From Balanoglossus misakiensis (taxonomy: Eukaryota; Animalia; Hemichordata): a stretch of DNA of 64,000 bases. Position numbers and translations under genes: made by a program. The notes below the pieces were generated by a model, which saw only the letters and a program-made list of their open reading frames with translations, made no database searches and was not told the origin of the DNA. Of the stretch, positions 1 to 12,944 are shown piece by piece (within the stretch, counting starts at the first letter, position 1; every line of letters begins with the position of its first letter). The stretch spans positions 62,001 to 126,000 of the forward strand of contig CM082591.2 in NCBI GenBank assembly GCA_040954595.2, read 5' to 3'.

Positions 1-160
1 CTAAATTGAAAATAACATGGTATTCTGTCTTCAGGCTGTCCTCACCGTTTGTATAATGGTACGGTCCGTAAGTCGGCGCTTTCAAAGGGTCCAAGCTAAA
101 AGTTGAGTTAGTACTAATAGTAGGGAAAAACACAACAAAAGACAGTGATACGAGTTCAGC

Positions 161-393
161 ATGGCTAAAACCGACGTTAATAGTCGAAGGTTTTCGCTGA
201 TTTTATACTGTTTTCTGGCTCTTAGTGAGATCGACGATTGCTGTCATGGAGAAATTCGCGTCAATGATGGTTGCCCGAGTCAGTTTGGTTGTCGTTGCTT
301 TAAAAGTGAACGAAGTTGGAGTATGTCTGTCGACTGCTCACGGAAGAACCTAACCGACGTTCCACTGGGCATTGGACGAAATACAACCATGCT
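161..393 (+). CDS. LGR coding exon 1: signal peptide + LRRNT
   Basis: [22 protein letters not shown]...CPSQFGCRC...[12 protein letters not shown]; donor CT|GTAAGT at 394, phase 2. Confidence 0.9.
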
Positions 394-3300
394 GTAAGTA
401 CTAGTGTTTTTCCGCAAACGTGAATATTTTTTTTGTAAACGACATGTAATGTGTTCATTATCTTTTCCCTGATGACTGGACATGCCTCTCAAGTGCCACG
501 AAAACACGTAATAATGACAGAAAATTTCGAAACTTGGATGATCAGTCATCTTGTCGTCTCCCTCAGCTGTACGTACTCTGTCTCTGGAGACATTCATATC
601 CGAAAACTTTATGAAGTTTGGGTCCTGGAATCCAGGCTAAATTGTAGTTGTACTACAGTTCGATCACTACTGCACGACTTAAGTTATATCCTAGCTCACC
701 CCCCCCCCCCCGGAGGGGCTGACCGGTCAACAGCGGTATCCAGCACAAACCCTGTCAAAGATACTGTGAGACACTAGTGGGGTTAGCTGATGAAGATTAT
801 GTGTCAAAACATCGACACTCGTGTCAGCCATGCTTGCTATTCACTATCTGATTTTCCAGTCAGCGATGTGTAGCACGACGCTAATTGCCTTATTGCTCAA
901 CGGATTGTTGTCAAATTCCTGGTCTTTAGAACCAATGTGTAGTAACTCGTCCCCTTTACGCTCCTTTCAAATGGACATAAAACTTAAAATCTTTGTAAAT
1001 TTAGCCGATGAGGGTATTTCACATTTCGTATTGATTGTTGGGATTTATTAGAGGCCGCTATTCGGCCGTATTTGTTTGAGCTGAGTGACCCCCTTTGATA
1101 AAGGCTTTGTGAAGGTGTGTACTAACCCATGACACACGATTCTAAAAGGCTGACTTTTAGAAATGCTTTTCAAACTTTGAGGTTTACACATGTATTACCT
1201 TTAGGCTAGAACACGCGAGACTTGCACGAGCGTTAGTAAAACCATGCTCCTGGTCAAACTTCATTTTGCAAAGTTATACTGCGTCATACGCGTGAAATGT
1301 ATCATTTTAGACACCCGTGTCTATTTCACCCGTGTCTATTTCATCTTATCACTCCATTATATCTTTTTTACTGATGCGCGTGCGCGCGCGTGTCTGCGTG
1401 GGTGTGTGTTAGGAGTGTGCGTGTGGGTATGTATACATGTGTGCGTTTTTAATACTGTAGACTTTTTTGATGCTGTACTTGGCGGCTTTATCCATATGGC
1501 ATCAGTACCCTGAGCTCTATCTTGCTTTCACTCGACACTGTTTACCTTTTGCATATATGTGCATGAGAACAGTTATTCAATTAGCAAATATATCAAAACT
1601 TGATGTAATAACTTTGTTTGGTGGTTAAATATTTCCTTTTTCAGTGTATTTATTGTCTAACGTCTACAAGTGTGTAATTTGTTTCAGAAGGTAGAGCATT
1701 TTAGTTTTATGACTGCACCAGTGTGAGGTTAGTATTCAAAGCCAGTTTTATTAGTTCTATAGTAGTTACAACTTTCCAGTCCACTGATTTCAGCTTGAAT
1801 CTTAGACAGACTGCTCTTTTGTGTAGTCAGTTGATATCCAACAGACACAACATACAACTGACAAGCACTGTAAATATTTACTTCAAAATGTCCCCAAGTG
1901 TCCCAAAAGTAAGGTTTATGAGTGGAAACAGTCCATGACAGAAAATTGTTTCTTCTGTTGTACATGTGTAAACATTGATCTTGAAACAAGCATTTCTCTA
2001 GACTGGAATATGCTCAGTGTGAAAAAATTAATGCAATTGTTGGCAGCACCAAGAAATGCATTTTTGTTCTAAACAAATAGGAATATTTTTTTTGGTTACC
2101 AATAAAGCTTTCATTTGATCAAATCTCTCAAAATAGAGATACCCTACATCAAACAAATCTTACTGGAATCTAGAGTGGCTTAAATTAATCTTCTGTGGGG
2201 AAAAGTTTTGATCTGTGTCCACAGTGGATCATAAATAAGACTATGGTTCGTGTAGTCTTTGTGATCTCTGACCTGGCACAGTCCAAAACTGGAGAGTGAA
2301 ATAAAAGGAAAGTAGCTCTATACATTAGCTATTATGTTTTTGTTTTTCATGTTGCTTGATTTGCATTTTATTTGGTAATTTTTCTGTCAAGAAACTCACT
2401 ACTGGCAAGTATGAATCTTGCCCATTGGTCTGAACTATACAAGTCACTTTCAATCGTCAAAAAAGGCACTGTAGAAGCTTTTGTTTAGTTTTTGAAAGAA
2501 AATAGCTCATAATTATTATTATTGTTGTTTTTAATGTTTTACATTTTCTGTATTTTCTTTGGATAGTGTTATTTCCTATTTTATCAGTCAAACATGGCCT
2601 CATCTAACACACACAAAAACACAGTACGGGTATACTCAATACACAATTCAACTTAAAGCCCCTAGCTGCCATTTAAAAATTATTTTAAGGTCTGATGGCA
2701 CTCCTTCCATACTAACCCTCAAATATCCCTCAGCCACCCCTAAAAGTGATGGTATCATCCAAGAGATGGTGGCCATATACTACACCTGATCCAAATTTAC
2801 AACTGTAAAACTACAGCCAAAGTTGTTGGGTAAATAATAAAAACTATTTAAAAGTTGCACCTCATTGGGCTTTTAAACTAATACACCTGTGTTGTGAAAG
2901 ATAGTAGTTTGTGGTGAAAGCCAGTCAGTGTCACAAAGAACATGGTTATTTATCAATTCTATAAGTGGTTCCCTACCAAACCATATGACTGGGTTAATTC
3001 TTGTTGAACATCCAACTAAGACAAGTCTCCACTATATGCATTACTAGAACATTTGACTCTCAGAATACTATCTAAAATAGCTGGTTCACACGTCACAGGT
3101 AGAGCCACTGCAGACAAGGGCTAGTAGGTTGTTTAACAGAAGAAATTAGAGTTTGAACAAAAAGACAAAAGATGACTTTCAAAACAATACACTGACACTT
3201 TTGATCTGGGTTGCCCAAACCTTACTAATAATGCCTTGTTGGGTTCAATGAGTTCTCAAGTGTCAATATTCACAGAACTGGTTGACAGCTTCAAATAATG

Positions 3301-6300
3301 ATTCTGCTAAGTACAGGGTGTCACTCAGTCTCATGCTGATAAAACCACTCTCCATACACTTTTGCCAACCAGGCCTGGTGGACAGTTTCTAGGAGAACTA
3401 CCCACTCTCTGTGTTTCTCCAATGCTGCCAGTTGTCTTGTCTGTCTCACCCAGGAGAATGGGCACCCACTTTTATACAACTTCCCAGGTGCAAAGTTTTG
3501 CATAGTTTCTGGCATAATCAATATGGTAATTATTTGTGGCTATTGTTTCCTGCACCCCACTGTCTATTGTCCCTGTTCCTGACCCGAATATTCATGAGGG
3601 GGGGGGGGGGGGGGGCACTGGATTATGCAATCTGTCACTGGTCATGTGATTAGTCTGGACAAATCCAAGTCAGTGAATTTGAATCTATTTAAAATTCAAG
3701 TAATTGTCCAACCAGGTTCCACATATCATATATGGACACCAACTTGACAACCTGGATTTCATTCGCCAAAAGACAACATTGAAGACACCACGCAATAAAC
3801 TAATCTAACACATATGGCTGACATTTCATTCTGATATTTTTATATCTAAATTTATTACATGTACACAAACTTCAACTGATTTTATTTCAACTCAGTACTA
3901 GTCCTGTGAAAGCATGATGTACACAGACAAGTTATTTTCCAAGCTAATACTCAAATAAATGTGTTCTTAATCTAAATGTATCACTGACAATGACATGCTA
4001 TTCATTTTATTGTTTTTAATTTATCGGTCCAAATAAAATATGTCTCACCTAAAGTGCTTACTGATGTGCAATAAAGTTTGAGAGCAATCCAGCATTTACA
4101 AAAAAAACTCATCATTACAATTCATTCTATTATTATTCAAATTGGCCAATTCTGCATAGGGAGAAATCACCCCTAAAATCAGTTGGGTGATTTTTGGCGT
4201 ATTTAACATGGAAGCTCTTATCAATGTTCCATGATGGTCTTAGTTGAATTCTCATTGTCAAAGTAACATAATCAACATGTTTGATTCTTTTCCTAAAATG
4301 TAACAACCAAACCATCCCCGTTAACTCGACAACATGGCAGTTGAGTCAAAGGTGCAGACACCAGACTGACAAACATTAGCCCACCTCCAAGATCAGAGAA
4401 GTCTGTCTGCTAACAAGTTGTGGCTTAATCTGTTATCCACCAGCAAATGTTAAAAAGAGAAGACAGATAGCAAAACACCATTTTAAGGTCACTGAGGTTG
4501 AGATTAACCACTACCCAAATTCCCTCTAATGTGTACCTAAGCCATGCAGGTGTTAAATGCTATTAGTGAACATTTCTTAAGTGCCATGTTCCAGCGAATA
4601 AACATTGATTGCACAGAGCAAATTGCTCTGCTGCTACTAATGATATTATCGTCTGTGTTCTGCTCTGTTCTGTGGTCAGTGAGATTGAATTTGGATTTTT
4701 GTGCTTTGTCCTCTTTAGATAAAGACCAGCAAAACCTTAGAGATGTGCGTGTGTGTGTTCATGCATGTGTATATACAAGTCATATAGTCTGTATCAACTT
4801 CACTCCCAGAGCTACTTGTATGCATATTTCTCTCTTTTTACATCAAATAAGTGGTCCTGTTGGACACAAGCTATGGCAGGTGATCTGATGTTAATATTCT
4901 GACAAACACATTCCCCTAAATTAGTGATATACCCACCTTAACATTGCTTGGCTGCATGCCGGGGGTCTGCACACAACAATATTTAGTTAAATTATGCTGC
5001 GTAAGATGATGTAGTCAATATTGTATGTCATGTCTATAGTTTAAAGGTATATACATGATGGCGCGTGTCTTGCCGTTCTGCATTTAAATCCCAAACACAG
5101 AGAGAAATTAAAATATCATAACAATTGGACATGCCAGTATGTTCTTTGAAACTAAGGTTTGCACTTTCAGAAAGTCTGTCAAATAATTGTAATTTCTAAA
5201 ACTGTTTTGACTGTGAGAATCCACTTTTTTAAAATCCTTCAGTGCATTCCAGTATTGGCAGCCATAATAGAGCTTAGAGTTACACCTACAAAATGTACAG
5301 AACGTACCTTGAGTAGTGTATAACAGTAACCTGGGACTTCAAACACACCTTGTAATTTGAGTCTCCATTAGTGCAGAGATCCTAAAATTTTCAGACTTGA
5401 AATTACAAAACCTACCACGCTAGTTTTTAACACTTTAAGTGGCTTTAGTAGTCACAGATACATTGTACTGGACACATTTATCCTCAATGTCCTCTCTCTT
5501 CTAAGTTCCTATACTCTCAACCTATGGCTTCTCTAAGCATAGGCACTCTGTTGTACTGATGTGATAGTCTAACATGAAAACCCTAACATGATGTTTTCAA
5601 ACTGATCTTTTCGAGTTCATTTGCATTGTAATTATTTTGACCTTGATCATTGCTGTATCTTCAGGTAATTTCCACATGTCTTTAATCCAAGTATTCTTTC
5701 TGCTTGTTCTTTGCCAAAATGAATTACATCATATGTTGATTATGAAATTATACTTGAAATCTGTTAAGGTGTGTTTATTCGTGTAGGATAAGCATCGGAC
5801 CTAGGACTAGTCAAAAAAGACTGGTAGTGGTACTTGTGTGAATAGTTGATTGGCCCAGGACTAGTCTGGTCTACAGAAATCAGTGTAGTTTGTATTGGAA
5901 ACAAAAGGGTTTTGGGCAAAAACTGCCATTAAGTACTTCCATGGAAATGGCAGAATATTCCTTGGAGAACGTAATACAAATCGGGAAGTTCAAAAAACTT
6001 AGTTGTTACAATAGAGATTCTTTTGGTGGAGTCTCAAGTGTTGTCATTCAATTTTTGCTGAGTTACATGTCAATTGGATGAGCATCTTTAGTCGATAGTT
6101 TTTGCATTCAGATTGGTTACTCAGGTTTTACAAATGCATGCAGACAACCATTATGAGTCTATAGAGAGCAATTTCTGTATCTCCCTAGGCACTGGCATAT
6201 AAAGCAAACTTAATGAAGTTTATTAATTAAGTTGTCCATTCCTGTCAGCTCTTATTCTTTCACAAGATTTTCTTCAAATGAAAGTGCCCAGACATAACAT

Positions 6301-9300
6301 TGTGTTTTCAACAGAAGTTGTTTGTCCCGTTTGGTTATCTGGTAGCTGTCAGGGTGAAATAGTGCCCACTGCATATATACTAGGGTGAATTGTAACTGAT
6401 AAACAACAGAAATACTTCAGAATCTTTAGGCTAATCCAAAACTGGTTTACTTTTGAAACTCAGCTACATCACAGTCCTTCTATCTGTGCCTTCATGAAGG
6501 GAATAAGTGAGCCTTAAAGACCAGAATATCACACCCCGACCCATTGAATGGAGTACACTGTTGACAGTTGACATGGCAAACCTGTAATTTGCTATTCATA
6601 ATTGGTACTGACATGTTGGGAATGTCAGATTTGATGTTAATTTTGTATTAAATGGTATCAATCAACCAGATGCAATACATTATGTAAACTCTGTTGCCTC
6701 AGTATCATCTTACAGACCCGGTACATATGTTCAATTTTTGTCATGTATATGTACAAGGTACATCTACTGTACATTTGAACAAAAGCAGATTGAAATTCTC
6801 CAGTATTGGTCAGGTCTGCTATCTTGCCAGAAGAAGTCTGAAGGTCACTTGTCTGTATTTTTGCCATTTTAATGTTTTTTTCTTTCTTGTCTACAGTTGT
6901 TTGCTTGTAGACATGAAACTAAAGAAAATACTTTTTGACACTACATGTGTGACAGTATGATAGGAGACGTAATGATTGATTTTTAAGCATTGAAGTGGTG
7001 GTTTCCCCCTGTGAATATACTTGCTTTGGGTCAGTAGATGATAATAAATCTTGAAACTGAAATGGTCTTTCCCTTGTGGACATACTGCCTTTAGACTAGC
7101 TTAGTGTAATAAATCTGGATCTGAATTCCACTGAAAAGGCCACAGATAATGATTCTGGCACCTTACAAAGTGGTGTATAGGCAGTTAAGTGTATAGGGAT
7201 AACTATAGTGTATTCCCCATGGTACCTCACAACTCTCCCTTGAGTCTTTGTTCAGCAAAATTAGATCTTTGAAGCACAAGAGAACTGTCTCGGTACATAG
7301 CATCAAGAGATTTGTGGCTGTGTCTCAAATGCTTGTGGAAAAAAAAACTTGATCCAATTTGACCATGGGAGCACAAGTATACATGTTTGGTTTGTGTGCT
7401 GACTTTGTTGCTTTTGTGCCCCCCCCCCCCCCCTGATGATACAGTACTACCAATTACCCACAATTCTCTTTGATTTGTACTATGTCATTGTCAGCAGAGA
7501 TTACAATTGCCATACTTTAGGGCAAGAACATTTTTACCGACTGACATGGTCACTGTTTGAGAAATACATGCTCTGTTCCCATCATGGAACCTTAATGACC
7601 GAAATGTTGAAATATCTCTATGTATTGACTGTCAATGATGTGAAGACGTCGCATTTTATGTAATTTTTAGGTAAATGTGGGATTTTGGTTTAAGATAAGA
7701 AAACTATCTTAAGATAGAAGATCTGAAATGATAATGTCAGTACTTTCTTTGGTTGAAGAAACAATTTCTTGTGTAGCTCTACCTTGTCATTTGGTGCATG
7801 CTTTCTTCAATAGCCTGGTCACGTTCTATACTCTCATAACTGATTGGAACCGGTACATTCATGATTTGTTTCCAAAATAAAAAAAAGACTTCATACAAAC
7901 AAAGCTAATTAGATAGCATCAGGTAGGATTTTGTAAGAAATTTTGGATGGAATTACGTTTTTTATGAACTTTGATGTCGTGACTCTATGTAACTTGATGT
8001 ACATCATTGATGAGTAACATGGTACATTTGAAGCGGCTACATGTTGCTTTGAAAGAGATGAGTAGACATTGTCTCTAGTTTAAAATCTTGACAGAAGGCA
8101 AAATGCCAGGAAGCCTACATTAATAAAGCTAATTTAAGTGGTTTGCAGTCTGTGTGGAGCAATTGAAAGGCAAGAAGTCCTTTAGGGAACAGAAGGGTTT
8201 GAATGGCATCTTCGTCTTGAAAAGCCTTAAATATTTCATGATGTCCCAGTGTATCCAAATGTGTAATAAAAAAATACATCTCCCAAACAAGCATAGAAGT
8301 CAAAATTCTACACTTACCATTTGCCTCAAATTTTGGTGTCTTTTGATCATCAAATGTAATTAAAGCCTAGTGATGTTCTTCAACCTGCAATTATAACGGG
8401 GGAGGGGTCAGTTTAACAATAACAATGGCTGTTACACACAATATGCAGACTATGTTAACTAGCAGAGTATTGGGTATATTAGCATACACTTTGGAGTAGA
8501 ACAAGAAATTGCATTTGGTGCACAAAACAAAAACACTAAAAATACAGTCAAGAGTTACAGCTAAAGTCCCTTTAACAGAAGATGGGATGTTTAAAAATTC
8601 AACTTGTCACAGATTATTCCAGAATTTCTGTCTGTTTTTCAGAGTTAGTCATCATGATTTATCATACTTGAAAATTTACATCTGAGAAAGACTGTATTTG
8701 GAATCCTTTCTAATCTTGTGCATTATTTGTACAAGTCATCTGATGTCATCTAAGGCGTCAATTTTCTTTTCCATTTTAATACCAAGGATGGATCGAAATT
8801 CTTCAATTGTGCATACATGTATAGTCATGGGGTTACTGAGTACCATGATTAGGTTCCAATCACTATAGTAAACCGAAAATCCCAGCGTTTCTATTTCTTA
8901 TGTGCACTTAATCCTTCTGCCTGGACAAAGAGTGTATTCATGGATTAAAAAAATTACCTTTCAAGCAGAATACCTTTCACGCTATAGATTTGAATCCTGA
9001 ATACCCAATGTGTCAGTGCAGAATTGTAAGTTGATGCCTGAATATTATCCTGGGTATGCCAATGTTATATTTTGTATCTTTTTCACAGCAATAACAGTAG
9101 CCAGTGACAATCTTTAGAAGAATCCATGGTATTCTTCTTGTTTAAATGACAAAAAATATGGTTTGAATATTGTAGTTGATATTGAAGAAGTATAACAACT
9201 GTATTTTTATGTTTGTGTTAAAAAGAAGTCTACTTCTGTACATGTTGCTAATGGCTTTGAAAATCAAGCATCTCGTATCATTGCAGATTATTTTATGGTT

Positions 9301-12300
9301 TTCGTTTCAAACTGAACTTCTTCATGCTTTTGTCAGTTCTAGTAAACAAAGTCCAGGGAACCAATGGCTGGGACTTTATCCGTCAAATTTTTACTTTGGA
9401 GTTCATCTTGCTAGAACTTTGACGTTCCAGAGTACACACATTACCAGAGAACATTCAGGACTTTACGAACACAGGCGATATCTCAATAAATGTTGAGTCT
9501 TGTCATTGTTGTGTACACAAGTGTATGTCAACACAAAGCCTTGAAACATTTGATCATATGGTGTATATATACCTACACCAGATAAATACAACACTTATTG
9601 AAATAAACTCTGAGCATACCAGATTGTGTTTCAACTTCTGTTTCGAAATGAAGGCTGGGTGAATTGGAATAGTGAAACCTTCCATACTCCATGTCGGTCG
9701 AACTGTAAGCAAAATAAAAAAAATTATATTGAAAACTGATTTATGATATTGAATTGTGAAGGTGTCCATACTGGTTGCTGTGGTTACCATTCCCCCAAAG
9801 CAATATACTGAGACAGCTTTTCCAATGAAAACTTTCAGCACCATAAATTGATATGCCAGTAAATGACATGGCAGAGTTAAGGCAAGTATCAAGTCTCAAT
9901 TTACGTTTCATCTGTCACCTACTTGAACTAACCCTAATGAAAACTCATATCACCATCTCCCCTACTATCGTGACTATCATTTCCCTCATGCGCACTTGAT
10001 TAAAAATAGTAGACTTGTTCTGTTCAGCTGTTCACTTCCTTTAAATTGAAATGTAACTGTGGCATCATCAGCTGGACGCATGCAGATTGTATCTGCTGTT
10101 CCTCTGATTCTAAATTACAAACAGATGCAGTATATCTTTCAGGGTTCAATTCATATCCGTCATTTTTCTTTTTCAAATGAATGCATAGGTTTACATAGTT
10201 ACCAATACTGTTTAGACTTCTTACAAGATATTCAGACATAATTTTCTGGGAAAGGAAATCATTGACAGTGTATCTAATGTAGCATGGAGTCATGTCATAG
10301 TACAACACGTAAAGCCCAAATGGCAAACAAATCTGGAATACTTTGTTAAAAGGAAAAATAAAATGAAAACAACAACCAAACTATCACCTAGTTGAAAATC
10401 TCCACATGGTGTCATTTTTATGTATTTTTGTTTCTTGTCCAAATCTCGGGATCATGAATTGCAAGTTGTAAAAGCTTTCAACACAGCTCATATGTGTATA
10501 GTTGACACATTGTTTTGCCAAAAAATGAATTCAAGCCCAGATTTGCATTCAACAAGAATACCTTTACTAAAAATCTGTTCAATTCTGCTGTATTCACCGG
10601 CCAACCGGCTGAAAGTCAAATTTATAAATACAGTACAGGCACGTATAAAGTAAGTACCGTATATATAATTCCTGGCTTTGAGTTTGAGTCAAAAAGGCAA
10701 TCTGTATTAACCTAAGATCTAATGTGTGCATGTTTTATAAGTCTCCATTGACGCTGATGCAGTATGGATTGGTCTGTGTCCGTCATTTGGGTTCGTGAAC
10801 TTTTATATGTTAAAGGATGCATTGTTGGTTTGGATTTTTTTATGTGATGCGGACTGAAATAAAGCCACAAGTAGTAAAATATTCGGTGTCAACTAGATGC
10901 ATAATGTTATGAAAGCTGTCAAGGAAAATGATATAGAAATTAGCAGATATCTTTGATTGGAAATAATGTGTGATACTCTGATAAGGTGTTCATTGTGTAT
11001 CAAAGCGCATCATAAGTGCGGATCAGTACCGCAATACCACATCATATGAACAACCTGAATGATTAAATCATCAGTAGTTCATACCTTTTATTCAACGTTG
11101 GATGTTTTCAAAGCCAGTATTGTTCATCCATCTAAATATAGCCCTGCAACTTTTCATCAGATCTAAAACATCACTGATTCCCACAGCTCCGGACAACAAG
11201 CTGTATTTTTTCTCAGTACTAAGTTAATAAAGTTTTTTTTTCTTTGCTGCTTGAAGAGATATTAATAGATAGAGGAATGTATTGCCTGGCTGTGTTTCTC
11301 ATTAGATGTTTGCAGTCTTTATTGGAACACAAAAGTCCTTTATCAAAAGCAGTGCAATGATAACAACAACTTAATTATAATATTCTTTTGAGTTTCTCCC
11401 CAGATGAAGGAACGTTAGACACATGCAGTTTCTGTGGTTAAGTCTGGTTGGTTGCACTTTTGTTGTTACAGACACACAATAGCTATTGTTAGAAAAATTT
11501 AATTAAGAGGTTCTCTGCTCTGCTAGCTTTGAGTAAGTCTGCCTGCAAATACTTAAAAATGTGATCCACCATTGAATCTTTATGTCTTTGTGAAGGTGTA
11601 CACGTACATGTTCTAACTCTTACTGATGTATAATTTTTGTTATTAATCTTGGTCTTTTTCATCAAATGTTGGTGTTACTACTGAAATTGACTGATAAGAT
11701 AATGGATCGGTTTCCAGACATGTTGCTGTTTTTGTTCATAAGATGTTTCTCCAATAAATGTTTACAACTAATGGTAAATCAAGGAGGCCAAAGTATCTGT
11801 ATCTCAACATGAAATGATTTGTTATAAAATGCGCATTGTACTTCCACTGTTCTCAAATTTCTGCGTCGACGTTGAAATTCTTTATTCAGACTCAACAGAG
11901 ATGTCTTTTAGGCCAGAACCCTGGGGAGGTACATTGTAATTAACATCTAAATAGAATACCATGACATCTCACCAAAAAGAACAGATAAGGAATTGATTTG
12001 ACCTGAGATACATTTGTCATCATTTTCTACATGATAGATTTTTGATGAATGGTTCTTGCAAGGTAGAGAATTTGTTCTAAAATCCCTGTAGAGTTAATCG
12101 AGATTTTATTCACAGATCTGCTTTGAACTTCAAGACAGGGACATACAGTAAATCTTTTTTGCCAAAATGGAAATGTTTCCTTTTACAGAAGTGTTATATA
12201 TCTCAGTTTGCAGTACAAAAAAATCTTAATTTATCAGTTGGAACTAATAGAAGGTAATAACATGGCCGTGAAGAAAAAGGGTGGTTATTGTAAAATGAAC

Positions 12301-12796
12301 TTTTCTGCAAAATGATTGACTTTGTGATGAAATGTGAATGACAGAAAAATTTGAATTTTAAGAGACCGGTTTGTGAATCAAAAGAGTTCCAACAATCATT
12401 TTTACAGCCTCTAATCTTTTCTGGTAATCATTAAAGTTAATTCCTGCTCAAATTATGATTTGCTGGTTAGTTGTCCCATAGAAGTTGATGAGACTAAAAG
12501 GATAGCCTCCATCTGTCTTTCTGTCTATTAGTGTTTTAAAATTTGAGTTACTTCTCCAGTTGTGTTCATGCTGCTTAATCATTCTTAATCTTGTTTGATT
12601 ATTTGACAGAGATCTGAGTGCGAACAACATCAGCATTATTCTACCTAAAGCATTTACACATCTGCCTCATCTAAAAGAACTGTAAGTATCCCAGTCCTTC
12701 TACATTTTAGTTGTTATTATTTCTGTTGTGACTGACCGTTCATGAGATATATTTGTTCACACATTCTTGGATGTTAATAAACCAGAACTTGACTAT

Positions 12797-12834
<38 letters not shown>

Positions 12835-12910
12835 GTAGTGGTGGTGGCAACGATGATGATGATGATGATGATAATGATGATGATGATGATGGTAGTGGTG
12901 GTGGCAACGA

Positions 12911-12944
<34 letters not shown>

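Noticed and set aside
5790-7310. SINE-like fragments near 5790-5890 and 7020-7310
   Set aside because: Too decayed to show A/B boxes or boundaries; needs a repeat library
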